From Fonticula alba ATCC 38817 (Eukaryota; Protista; Nucleariida), in assembly GCA_000388065.2 (NCBI GenBank), contig KB932204.1: DNA of 50,598 nt. One strand, written 5' to 3'. The translations under genes and the position numbers were made by a program. This document shows positions 22,105 through 34,700 of the stretch, piece by piece. Numbering within the stretch: the first letter of the stretch is position 1; the number at the start of each line of letters is the position of its first letter. Under the pieces are notes generated by a model. That model searched no databases. It worked only from the letters and a program-made list of their open reading frames with translations, and was not told the origin of the DNA.

Positions 22105-25100
22105 ATGCCCGCCCCTACCCCTCGGGCGGTCAGCGCCCTGCAGATCCCTCAGCCGCAAGACGGGGCAAACAGCGCGCCAGATCGGTCGCCCATCCGGTCG
22201 CGGCCGTCGCTGGCCCCAGATGCGCATGTGGTGTCGCCCTTCCTCGGTCGTGCGGACGCCCAGTCCCGGCGGTCGAGCATCGCCTCGGCCACTTCCTTCT
22301 ATGAAGTCGGGCTCAACCATGCGGCCATGCTCTGGGGCGGGCAGACGCCGCATCTGAATGATTTGCGCTTCGACTCGGCCAGCCAGCTGGATAGCCTGCA
22401 CTATTTGAACATCGCGGTGGTGCCCTTCTCGGCCTCACCGCCGGGGCATACCGCGCCGGACTTCCTGGCCGCCCCTTCCTCCTCGAGCTGGGTGTCATTC
22501 TCGGATTTCGCCGAGATCCTCACCGAACATTGGTCCATGGATCCGAGCCATGCACGGGATGACATCAACCACCCGAGCAATGGCTTCCTCTATCGGGACT
22601 TCCTGCCGACCCCGCGCGCGGACGACGCGTCGGATCTGCTGGCCAGCGCCTTTGCCGGCCGCGGACCGACGACCGGCGGCTCGGAGGCCTCGTCCTCCGG
22701 GGCCGCGGCCACTACCGGGTCCCAGCGCCGGGCGGTACAGCCGCCGTCCAGTGGGGCGCGCCGTCGGGCGGGCGGCGCCCCGGCCGGCCCGGGCCCCCAG
22801 CCCCCGCCGGCCCTCGGTACCCAATTGCATCCGGGCAATCCGCATGCCATGGGCAATGTCAAGCTGCGCTTTTGGATTGGGCCAGGCTTCGTGGACAGCG
22901 TCAACTCCGGGAACTCCTACGTCGGGGGTGCTCGCATTAATGAGGGGGTCTGGCAGCAGGTGTTTGCCCACCGGCGCTTTGTGGCTGTACGTGTGGCCCA
23001 GGCTGCGCGGCATCCCGTCTGGTTGAGCGGGCTTGCCCCTTCCCTTCTCCTAGATGCTGGCACTGCTGCCGTTGATGTCGGGGGACTACCAGGGGCTTTT
23101 TTTTTGGGGGGGGGGGGGAGCGAGGGGAAAGAATGCTGCCTGTCTCGGAGTACTGACACTGCTCCGGTCTCTGCTGGGTGCTCTGCTGGGTGTTCTGCCG
23201 GGCATCCGCCAAATCAGGCAATTGGTGTGTTGGATTTGGCACACACCGAGGACGTTCCCTCGGCCCTGGACAAGATGAATGCCTTCTTCAATGACAATGT
23301 ACGCTCGTGAGAGGGGGCCCGGCGCATTGTTGGCTGCCCTCTCTTCTTTTTTCTTTCCTTTTTTCCCGAGCCCCCTTCTCTTCCCTTCGCCTGTCGCCTG
23401 TCGCCTGTCGCCCCTTTTCCTCTGCCGCTATTTGGGTCTTTCTTGGCCGTTCGGTGCATCCTGACCTGCTGCCTTGGCCGCCGGACCACAGTTCCCGTAC
23501 CTCACGACGGCCAAGATCATCGGCATCAATGCCCCGGTGGGGTTCCGGTCGACCGGGCAGCACAATGTCATCTTCCTGGACCAGGCCCTGAATGTCGGGA
23601 GCGGGGCCCTAGACGAGCAGTACTCGGAGGAGGACCGGCCGGACAATCATGCCAAGGCGGCGGCCCGATTCCCGCTGCTATTCAGCCACCTGGCCCCGAT
23701 TGTGGAGGACCTGGCCGGGATGCTGTACAGCAACCTGGCCGGCCAGGCGTACGCCGCCTTCCACCGGATCCACGACCTGGCCACCTGCCAGGAGCAGGGT
23801 CAGGTCCCCGGGGCGGGGCTCCTGGACCCGCCCTTCATTGTGCCGGTGGATGCGGACTTCCTCGCGCCGACCGGGGCGCCCGTTCGCCCGGGGATGCCGG
23901 TCTTCAAGAAGATGACCTACGAGGACCGGGTGCGGCTGCGAGCCTGCCGCGTGTATGCCGACCTGCTGGCCAGCTGTGGGCATATCCTGCCGGCTTTCGA
24001 GGTGTATACGCATCTGATCGAGGAGACGCGCGGCCTGCCGGATCCGATCACCATTGCCGGCGCCCTGGAGGGCTGGCTCTATTGCATTATTCAGGCATTT
24101 GTGGTATGTCCAAAGAAAAGGCAGCCCCTTGGCAAGGGTTCGGCGACGTGTGGACACCCCCATCCCGCTGTTCCCCTCCCCCCTGCTACGCGCGCACACA
24201 CACACACACATACATACATACATGCATATGTGTCCACACGCGCGCATGCTAACTACAGCCGATGCTTGCCCTGGCACAGGAGATTCGCGAGGACTATACC
24301 CCGGCTGCGCGGCAGAAGCATGGTGACATGGCCACCCTGCGGAAGCGCATCGCCAAAGCCATTCAGGACACATGCCGCCTGGTTTTCATCACCCTGCAGG
24401 GCCTTCTGCCCCCGGCCCCGGGATCCAGCGGCGGTGGCATGTTCAGCTCGGATCTCCTGCAGCCGGCCATCTTTTCGCCGGTCATGCAGCCACGCGGGGG
24501 CGCGGGCCGATTTGATGCGCCCCGACCGCGTGCCGCATCGTCCAGCAGCTCGGCCCTGTCAACCAGCAGCATGGGCATGACGAATGCAAGCGGGCCACAC
24601 TCCACGTCGGCCTGGTCTTCGGTCCTGTCCCTGACGTCCGGCTCGGGCGGAGTCCTGCCTGGCTCCTCCGCATCTTCGGTCTCGGGCAACCCCTGGTTCG
24701 GGGAAGACGACTTCCTCTCGGGCCCGACACAGCGGACCCGGTCCAGCCAGCGGGCCGCGCTGCACCCCCTGCGTACATCCACCCCGGTGCCCTTCCCCTC
24801 CGGGGTGACTGCTTGCCCAGACAAGAGCGAGCCCTTCTCCATCCTGCTGGCCGAGTCGATGCTGCGCTTTGCCCGGGCGGCTGGTCGTTTTGGTGGGCTG
24901 GACTTCGCCCGGGCCCTGGTCCGAGAGCTTGGTGATCAGGTGTGGCAACTCCGGCCACTGGATTATGTGCGTTGTGCTTTTCCCTGCGGGGAGCCTCTGA
25001 AAGTGGGGGCGGGGGGGGGACAAGAAGAGATGGTGCTGTGGTATCGGTGCTGACACTTCCCGTCCATGCTCTGTTTCTTTTTTTCGTCGCTGCCACACGG

Positions 25101-28100
25101 GGTGGGGGCCATTGTCTTCCTCTTCTTTTCTTTACAGGCCACCCTGCACTTGCAAATCTCCGAGCTCTATCGGAGCCCCCTTCGTGCCACCAAGCGCCAA
25201 TTCCTGCACTGCTACTTTTCGGCCTCAGTCTTGAAGAACAGTGCCACGACGGTGGGCCAATTTTGCGCGGCATACGACTGCCTGGCTTCACTGGGGACCT
25301 TCTTCCGCCTGAGGTGTCCCTCGCTGTCGGATGTGCCAGCCGATCAGCAGAGCACCCCCGCGCCATCCGAGAGTATGTTGTCCCTTTTGTGACCCTGGTG
25401 GCCTTCTGAGACCGGTGCCCTAACACGCCTGCTCTTCGACTCAGATGCCGGGCACTTGACGACCGGCTTCGAGCCTGAGGATGGCACGGATGGCCAGCCA
25501 TCGCTCATTGAGCAGATGCTGTCTGCGCAGCAGGAGGGCATGGGCCTGGCGGCCGGCTTCTTTCATCTGCGAATGCTGCTGCTTTTCGACCTGGCCGAGA
25601 TGTGTGCCACTCTCAGACGTACGTGACCGCGGGGGGAGGGGGAGGGGGNNNNNNNNNNNNNNNNNNNNNNNNNNNGGGGGGGGGGGGGGATCATCCCAGG
25701 AGCTTCGGGATTGGCTGATCGTACTCGGAAGGCATGCCACTGACCTGCTTTCCGTTCTTTCTTTCTTTCTTTCTTCTTTTCCCCCGCACACCACCCAGAT
25801 TCCACCCTGGCCGTGTATTACATTGGCCTGTTGCTGAAGCTTCATCATGATCACATTGACCTGGTGGAGCAGCATGAACTGCAGAAGAACCTCCTCCGGC
25901 TCATCAGCACGGCAACCCCCCCTCAGGCGGGCCCGGCGCTCGCGGTCACCTTCAACTCACTGCCGGAGCTGGTGTCCGCTGGTTTCCTTCCCTCGCCGGA
26001 ATCCTTTGCTCTGGTCTCGACACGCAGTTCGCCGGGCTCCTCTCTTTCTCGAAGCCCGGAGCTTGGGGAGCCTTTCTTCTTCAACCCCTTCGCCAAGAAG
26101 GGCCAGTCTGAGGCGACCCCGGCGGTGCCGCAAGTACGTAGATGGCGGAACACGCGCGTGCATGCACACACGTCCTTCCCTTTCTTCTGCCACTCTCCTT
26201 CGTGCCATAATCCATGCATGCCATGGTGACCTGGGCCCATGGCGATGCTGATGGTGATACTCACACGCACTTGGACCCGGCTCTCGGCGCAGTTCGGTGC
26301 TGATGAGACCATTCGCGTGCATGTGGTCCTGTCGAATCCCTTGCTCGTGCCGATTGAGATCCAAAGCCTGCGCCTTGAGTACGTTCCTGGGCATTTCAAA
26401 TCCCTGCGTCTGTCAGGCTGTTGACCTCGCCCATGTTGCAGAACCTCGGGGCTGCCATTCGACGCGCATGTGTCCGTCAATGACGTGCTCTATCCCCAAA
26501 CCACCTCGAAGGGGATTGTCCTCACGGGCCGCGTTGCCCACTTCCCGGACTCGGTTGGCCCGGAGAAGTTGCACATCCTTGGCGTCGTGATCCGAGCCTT
26601 CGGCGTTGAGCGCCTGCATGCTCTCCCCGGAGCGACGTATGTTCCCTCCAGCTCGGGCACCTTCCCGTCGCCTTCGATCTTCCAAGCCTCCCGTGCCCAT
26701 GGCGCGCCGTGTGTATTGACATGTGCTCCCGCTACTTTGCCTCGCTCCCGGCCGCATGTCGGTGCCCGCCCCGCGCCCTCCATAGGCCCATCACGGCGAA
26801 TGTCGTTCCCCCGCTGCCATACCTGCGCGTGACCTCCGTCTCGGACTTGTGCTCGGGGCAGCGGCACTTTTATGGGGCGCCTTCGCCACTGGCCGATGTC
26901 GATCCCAAGGCGGTCACCGGCCCGAAGGATGACATCCAGCTTCCGGCCTTCCTGTCATCGATCGAGCTTTTCGAGGGACAACTGTGCGTATGGCCTCCTC
27001 TAAGTGCCCGGGCCCCATGTGCCGGCGGGGTCGGCGAGGGAGCCCTCATGTGTCTCTTTTGCCCCCTCCTCTGGCTGTGGGGGGCTTTCTCCGACCGCCT
27101 GGGGTTTGTTTGTTGGTGATGGTGCTTTTCCCTGTCACTTACCTGTCCCTTTGATATGCACAGCTTTGGCGCGGTTTTCGAGTTGGAAAATCAGAGCACC
27201 CTGCCACTGAAGGCCAGCTGTGTGACCGCCACCTTCGAAGCCGACACCCTGGACCAGGCGGAGTCAGCGACGGACTTCTTTTTCAACCGGGCATATGAGC
27301 CCCTGGCTGGGGTGTCTCTCCTGGACCGGGCCCCGAGCCCGGGGGGCCTGGAGCGGCATGCCCAGGCGACGGGCTCTTGGGCTTCGGAGGCACGCACGTC
27401 CATTCCCTTCCGTGGGCGGTCCTTCCTGGTGGTCCTTCTTCGCGGTCGGCCGGGACTCACAGGCGGCCGGGTGATCGTGCGGTACACCACCGGGCCCGAG
27501 GAGGCGCCAGACGTCGGCAGCGGGACCCCAGGCGGCGGGGATCGCCCCCAGCGTCAGATCACCCTCCGCATGAATGTCACCGTCAGGCCGCTGGTCCGGT
27601 ATCGACTGCGTAGCTGCCTGCCTGCGGCGCTCTATCTGCACGAGGCACCGGAGACGCAGGCCTCCGCTGCGGCTCCGGTCCACTGGCCGGATGTCGGGGC
27701 GGAAGTGGTGTCCAATCCGGCAGCCGCGCTGACGGCCATGGCCGCGCACCACCAACAAGTGGTGGCGCCCCTGGCTGGAGCCGGGGGGGACATCAGAAAC
27801 GACATCAGCCTCCTGGAGTTGGATTTGTCGGCCTCAGCGCGCCCGGAGCCCGGGCCGCCGGTGATGGCCTGCCTGCAGTTGCTTCCCTTTGGGCCGCCGC
27901 CGGAAGGGGCTTGCTCGCACGGGTGCCTCGCCAGCGGCGGTGACCGCAGCAACACCAATGACAATCTTGGCTCGGGGCGGGCCGGCCTCTTTGAGAGCAG
28001 GCAATGCCTGGGTTTGGAAGGGATCCCGACGCTCGGCCGGGCGCACGGCTGGTCGGACGCGTGCGACGTGTGTGCGCGCTTCCTGTGGCGCATCCGTCTT

Positions 28101-29405
28101 CCTCTTTCCTCGGGCACAAGCACGCGGTATGCATCCACCCGGCGTCACTTGGGCGTTGGCCGTAGTTGGGGGAGGGGGGGGGGCCGCTTTTTGCTCTGTC
28201 CCACTCTCTTTCATGGTTGGCATGATGGCAAGGGACTGACACCTGCCGGTGGGTACACCCCAGTCTCTACTTGCCGATCTTGCGGATTCACATCACCGAC
28301 CAGGATATCCTGCACCCGGTGCCACTCCTGGGTCGGCAGTTCATTCGCTCGGCCAAGTCCACTTTCGATGTGCGTGCCTCTCTTTCGTGCGGAGGGCGGG
28401 GGGAGGGTGCTGTTATTTGGGGTGCTGCCTGTGTCTCTTGGCAGCCGGCATTGGTCGCTAACGTGCTGGCATGCTGCGTGCCCCGTCATGTAGGACGCCA
28501 TGGAGCGTGCCCAATTCTGGTCGCTGGCCTGTTTGCTGAACCGGCGCCTATTGGGAGCAGACTTCTCCCTGTCGCGGGCGTGCTCGGGCAAGATCCACTT
28601 CGGCCGGCTGCGTTTCGCCCCGCTGGACATCCGCTCACTTCGGCGTCCGGCCAGCGCAGTGACCTTCGCCCTGGCGGCGGCCCAGTCGGACAATCGGGAA
28701 ACCGGAGACCGGAGTGGGCTTCTCCCGGTCCGACGTCTGTCGGCAGCCAGCTACCAGCAGGAGACCCTCTCTTTCCAGGTGACGCTCGACCAGTGCATGG
28801 CCCACTGCCAGCTCTTGCCCCTGTGGCTGGAGGTGCATGCCCTTCCGGCCAACACCGGGGACGATCTGTTTGGAGGCGCTGCCGATGTCGACCGGCCGCA
28901 TGTGGCCTTGTCGCTGGCGCGCTCGACCTCGGATCGGGTGGTGATGATTGGCGATGCGTCGGCGCTCCTGCCGGCCGAGGTGCGCGTCGCCACGGCTGGC
29001 GATCACTTCCGGCCGGAACTGCGCGATGCCTTCGAAGTGGAGGAGGAGCAGCGGTCCGGTGCCGGGGGCGGGGCCGCCGGGCGTGGCGCGGCCGGCCGCG
29101 ACGCGTGTGCCGAAGCTCAGCCGCTTGATCCGGCGCGGCAGCCGGCCGCCGCCAGCCAGGCCATCGACCTGATGTTCCTGGCCCCGGGTCGGTACCACAT
29201 CATCCCGCGGCTGGTGTACCGGACCGCCGGGCAGCCATCCACCCGCATGCAGGTGGATCCCCAAGCCCTGGCGCGTGAATTGAAGCTGCCGAAGAAGGAC
29301 CTGGCCCTGCTGAAGGAGAGCCTCGATCGGGACAGTGTGCGCGATGCGCGGCACATCCTGTCGCCGATTGTTGTTGGCTCCACGGTCCTTGTTGTTGTCG
29401 ATTGA
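22105..29405 (+). CDS. TRAPPC9: TRAPP II-specific subunit Trs120 / TRAPPC9, multi-exon (start codon tentative)
   Basis: VWQQVFAHRRFVA-AIGVLD (cf. FQTHRKVVGLI) / RVRLRACRVYADLLASCG...IAGALEG (cf. RMRKHVGDLCLQAG...LGAALEG) / GEPFFFNPF / VHVVLSNPLLVPIEIQSLRL / NVVPPLPYL / IELFEGQ. The exon junctions I checked join in frame through to TGA at 29403-29405. Confidence 0.85.
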
Positions 29406-30422
29406 CGCCGGTCGGGACACATGCATTTTGGAGTGCGCCAGTCGCGGATGTCAGCCGCCTTTCCTGTGACCGCCAGCACTGGGGCCGGTCTCCTCTTTCC
29501 GCGTTTCTTTTTTTTCTTTTTTTTTTTCCTCGAAGACGCATCCTCCTTGCATCCATATTCGTGGACATCGAACCAAAAAAAAATATATATATACCCTCCT
29601 GCGTCTCTACCACTGTGCGAAGTGCCTCCCGGCTGTCGGCAGGGCGGGACGGGGAGAGAAACCCTGTGGGTAAAGCGCCAGGAGCGTGTGTGTGGTCGCG
29701 TGATCAGCACATCATGCGCCGATTGCCCTGACCGGGTCACAGCAGTTCGGCCTCGTTCGCCAGCTCGGCCTGACCACTCTCCCGCGCCCGTGAGTGTGCC
29801 TCGGCAGCGGCGGCCCAATCAGCGACGACCACCGGTTTTTGGTCTGTACCTGGCCCGGCTCTTCGCTGGGGAGGGGGGGGGGGGCGTGTGCACAAGAAAG
29901 AGAGAGAGAGGGAGAGAGGGAACCGGCGGAATGGGGCAGAGAAACGGCATGCACCGTGGATGGCAGCTGCCTGCTGATGCTGCTGCTCGCAGCTGCTTAC
30001 ACACACACACATACACACACTGGCGCGGTGGTGGGCATTGGGGGCTGGCGGGGGGGGCCCAGAAAAACCGCACCGAGGGAGCGTGGACGTGTTTGTTGTT
30101 TGTTGTTTTCTTTCCCATGGCGCTGGGCGACTTGGGGGCGGGCCGTGCGCCCGGTGTGCGAAGGCGCGGCGGCAGTTCCAGAAAGAACTGCCAGGACACG
30201 GTGCTGTGGTGCCTGGACGCCGGCAAGCAGGGGCGTGTATTTTTGCTGGAGCCGTGCCCCCGGGAGGTGTGAGGGGATCTTCAGCACACACACACACACA
30301 CTCTCTCTCCCTCTCTCTCCTCGCCCCTCCGCTCGCGAACACCTCTCCTCCTTCCTCCCCCTGCTTCCACCCCTCTCGTGACCGACCCCCTCCCCCCTGT
30401 TCGCGACCACCCCTCCTGTAAT

Positions 30423-31773
30423 ATGCGGCGCTTTGCCTTTTTCGCGGCAGTGGCCACCTTCCTGGTGCTGCTTCTCTCACCCGCCCTCTCTCTTGCGGCG
30501 CAGGTGAAGCCTCGCCGCGGGCCGACCATCACCGACTATGCCTACTTCGACATGCAGGTCGATGGCCAGGACGCGGGCCGCATCGTTTTCGGCCTCTATG
30601 GCAAGGTGCGTGTCATGACGGCTGACCTCGACATTGAATATGCACCTCCCTTCTCCCGTCTTCCGCTGTGCCTCCCTGACACCCGTGTCCCGGCGCTGAC
30701 CTCCCCCGCCCGCCCCCTTGCCCCCTGTGGATTCTGCCCCTCCATAGACCACCCCCAAGACCTGTGAGAACTTCATTGGCCTCGCCACTGGTCAGGTGCG
30801 CATGTGTCGTGAACTTGCCCTTCTGCTTGGCCATCGCGCGCCCTCCTCTTCCGCCTCCCGCCTCCCGCCTCCCGCCTCCTGACATGTCTTTTCCTCGGGC
30901 TCCCCTCTCCTCCCGTCCCTATCGATCGTGTCCCGGTAGCCGGGCTTCGGGTATGCCGGGTCCAAGATCCATCGCATTGTCAACAACTTCATCATCCAGG
31001 GTGGCGACATCACGGCTGGCAATGGCACTGGCGGCAAGTCCATCTTCGGTCGTCCTTTTGCCGATGAGGTGCGTCTCCGCGTTTGAGGCCAGCACAGGAG
31101 GGGGTGGGGGGGAGGGAAGGATGAGGGGGGCGAGATCAACAATGCACAAATGGCCGTACACGCCGGGCCGGGCACTTGGCTCTCCGAGCCTACCCTCGAC
31201 CTCCCAGGCTGGCTTTCTGACACGCGCGCATCCACCCATCGACGCATGCCTTGACGGACACAGAACTTCAAGCTCGGTCACAATGCCCCTGGCACTCTGT
31301 CCATGGCCAACGCCGGGCCGGACACCAACAACTCGCAGTTCTTCATCACCACCGCCGAGACCCCCTGGCTCGATGGGCACCATGTTGTCTTCGGCCGCGT
31401 TGTGGAGGTGCGCCCACTCGCATTGCCATTTTTTGCCTCTCTCTCTCTCTCTCGCTCCCTTTTGCGCCCACCCCCTGTGCGCCGGTTCCGCACCGCCTCG
31501 CTGACCATGACCATCAATCGGGCATCACGGCGGCCGATGCCACACACACACACACGAAAACACACGAAAACACACGCATCCACCCAGGGCATGAATGTGC
31601 TGTATGCTCTGGAGAAGCTCCCGGTTCGGATGGATGTCCCCATTGCCACGGTCACCATCAAGGCCTCCGGTGTCCTGAGCCCCGAGGAGGCCAAGCCGCT
31701 GGCCGAGGCGTACGACCAGGCCCAGCGTGACGCCGGTGCCGCACGTGCCGCTCTCGAGGCTGCGTCCAAGTGA
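30423..31773 (+). CDS. PPIB: Cyclophilin B-type peptidyl-prolyl isomerase with signal peptide, multi-exon
   Basis: Signal peptide [25 protein letters not shown], then [30 protein letters not shown] / [13 protein letters not shown] / [18 protein letters not shown] / [15 protein letters not shown]. Confidence 0.95.
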
Positions 31774-34700
31774 TGATACACGTGACAACCCCGATCGATC
31801 GCGAGGGTTGCAGCTACGCGCTCGTGTTCGGGCGGGGGCCGGGGGAGCACCACCCCGCCCCTTTGCCCCCCTTCATCGATAATACACCCAACATAGAAGA
31901 GAACGAGAGCGAGAGAAGAGAGGGAGGCAGAGAAAGACGGAAGCCCCCTCCCCCCCCCCCCCCCCNNNNNNNNNNNNNNNNNNNNNNNNNNNNNNNNNNN
32001 NNNNNNNNNNNNNNNNNNNNNNNNNNNNNNNNNNNNNNNNNNNNNNNNNNNNNNNNNNNNNNNNNNNNNNNNNNNNNNNNNNNNNNNNNNNNNNNNNNNN
32101 NNNNNNNNNNNNNNNNNNNNNNNNNNNNNNNNNNNNNNNNNNNNNNNNNNNNNNNNNNNNNNNNNNNNNNNNNNNNNNNNNNNNNNNNNNNNNNNNNNNN
32201 NNNNNNNNNNNNNNNNNNNNNNNNNNNNNNNNNNNNNNNNNNNNNNNNNNNNNNNNNNNNNNNNNNNNNNNNNNNNNNNNNNNNNNNNNNNNNNNNNNNN
32301 NNNNNNNNNNNNNNNNNNNGGGGGGGGGGAGGGAGGCGGGGAGGGCGCTTACTAAGACGTGGCCTCGCTCCTCCCGGCGTCCTGGCCCGGGCAGAAGGGA
32401 GAGAGGCAGAGAGACAGGGGGCGTGCGAGAAGGGCACATTTTTGCGTAAATATGTGGACATGCGCGTATGCGTGTGCGAAGGCGCCCGTCCTGCAGGCGG
32501 GCAAAGGGGCTGGAGAGCCGGGAACAGTGAACGGGGCGCGCAAAAGCGTGTTACCCCTACCCTCGCGGCCGGGGGCTCGGCGGGCGGATTCCTGAATACC
32601 CCCTGGCGGTGCATTCAGGGCGAAATCGGCCGTCCGGAGGAAGGGAACCAAGGCCGCGACCGCGCGTCCGAATAGGGGTCGCGGGTCGGACAAGTGCGAA
32701 GCCGACCGAGCTGTGGGGGGAGGGGGGGTATCCCCAGTGTCGTCGGGAACGGACCCAGAGGGTGGGGAAGGGCATCCGGCGAGGATGACCGCGAGCGTGG
32801 GTGTGCCTCCTGCATGCGCCAGGGAAATAGCCTCCGCCTGGTGCAGACGAAAAGACTCCATAACAGGCTGGCCTCAACAGGCCGAGCGAGGGAACCAGCC
32901 CCCCCCCGCCCCCCCCCCCCCCCCCCCCCGGAGAACCGTGCCAGGCTGTCTCCAAGAGTATGTGTAAAAGCAGTGTGTCAGGCCCCGGCTTGGGCCGAAT
33001 GTTTGGGGCGTGACGATGGAGGTCCGGAATAATGCCGGCTTTAAAATATGCCCAACATAATGTATTCCACAGGTACGGTCGAGGTATGGGGAGCAACAGG
33101 CTGATGAAGCAAACTGGAAGGGCGCGGCGCCGGGTGGGGATTTTCCCCTGCGAGGTCCACGCTGCTCTTCCCCCAGGGCAGGGGGGGGGGGGGGGGNNNN
33201 NNNNNNNNNNNNNNNNNNNNNNNNNNNNNNNNNNNNNNNNNNNNNNNNNNNNNNNNNNNNNNNNNNNNNNNNNNNNNNNNNNNNNNNNNNNNNNNNNNNN
33301 NNNNNNNNNNNNNNNNNNNNNNNNNNNNNNNNNNNNNNNNNNNNNNNNNNNNNNNNNNNNNNNNNNNNNNNNNNNNNNNNNNNNNNNNNNNNNNNNNNNN
33401 NNNNNNNNNNNNNNNNNNNNNNNNNNNNNNNNNNNNNNNNNNNNNNNNNNNNNNNNNNNNNNNNNNNNNNNNNNNNNNNNNNNNNNNNNNNNNNNNNNNN
33501 NNNNNNNNNNNNNNNNNNNNNNNNNNNNNNNNNNNNNNNNNNNNNNNNNNNNNNNNNNNNNNNNNNNNNNNNNNNNNNNNNNNNNNNNNNNNNNNNNNNN
33601 NNNNNNNNNNNNNNNNNNNNNNNNNNNNNNNNNNNNNNNNNNNNNNNNNNNNNNNNNNNNNNNNNNNNNNNNNNNNNNNNNNNNNNNNNNNNNNNNNNNN
33701 NNNNNNNNNNNNNNNNNNNNNNNNNNNNNNNNNNNNNNNNNNNNNNNNNNNNNNNNNNNNNNNNNNNNNNNNNNNNNNNNNNNNNNNNNNNNNNNNNNNN
33801 NNNNNNNNNNGGGGGGGGGGGGGGGGACGGGCGACGCCGAAATATTGTGTTTCCTCGGATGCCGGAGCTCGGCTCATTGGCAAAGGCCTTTTTGGCGTGC
33901 TGTGTTGCCGGGTGACTCGCGGGCCGTGGCAACATCCGACGTCAGTCCTGGAGTTCGTGCCTGCGCATGGGCTTGCGGGCGCATGCGTGTGGGCGGAAAA
34001 GGGGCGCGTGTGGGTGGCCGGGCCGGGGGGGGGCGGGGGGGGGGGGGGGCAAAGTGCAACGAGTGCGCTCGAGACATGAAGATGGTGATGGCCCGGGCGC
34101 CGGGGCGCCGCGGGTTACGGCCAACCCGCGGCTGTGTGGCGGCCGGCGGCCGGCGGCCGGCGGCGGGGGGGGGGGACGGGGTGATCGGCTCGCCTCAGAC
34201 CCCCGCGGGGGGCGGGCAAGGCAGGCGAAAGCCAACTTTAGGGGGGCGCGGAGCCGGCCGAAGACTGCCTGCAGAGTGGGCCCGCGGGCTTCTTTTGTGG
34301 CGATTGCCCGAGTGCATGCGTGCGTGCGTACGTGCCCCCTCGATAGTGCGAGAGTGCATGCGCACATTTGCCGCCCGGGTGCCCGCGCGCAGGGTTCCAA
34401 CACGCGGCCGCCCGGAGCACGGCGGGGCGGCCGGGCGGGGCCAAAGAATCCGCGCGCCTGGGATCCCGCCCCCTCGCGCCCGCCTGATCCGCACCGCTTC
34501 TGGGGAAAATGGCGCCGACAGCCTGGCCCCACTCGGGGCGGGTTCCCATTTCCCGGCCGCGGTGGATCCGGACAAGGGGCTGTGCCCCTTCTGTGCGGTA
34601 TTTGTCCGACGGTGCTTTTATTACCCCTGGTGTGGGTCGGAACGTCGCGCTTCTCCGTCTCCCTGCCTCTCTCTCTCTCTCCCCCTCTCTTTCTCTCGGG

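Noticed and set aside
11601-29405. Adjacency of the lipid-transfer gene and TRAPPC9 as a trafficking gene cluster
   Set aside because: Neighbouring eukaryotic housekeeping genes are usually unrelated, and there is no shared regulatory evidence.
31770-31830. GTGATGA (C-box or SECIS-like ATGA) and a CAACCC/GGGTTG hairpin after the cyclophilin stop
   Set aside because: No D box and no SECIS GA quartet partner. Probably an ordinary 3' UTR hairpin.
32549-32565. TTACCCCTACCCT resembling a telomerase RNA template
   Set aside because: Does not match a TTAGGG-type template, and the telomere repeat of this organism cannot be seen here.
33101-33125. CTGATGA resembling a hammerhead ribozyme core
   Set aside because: No stem II or GAAA follows.
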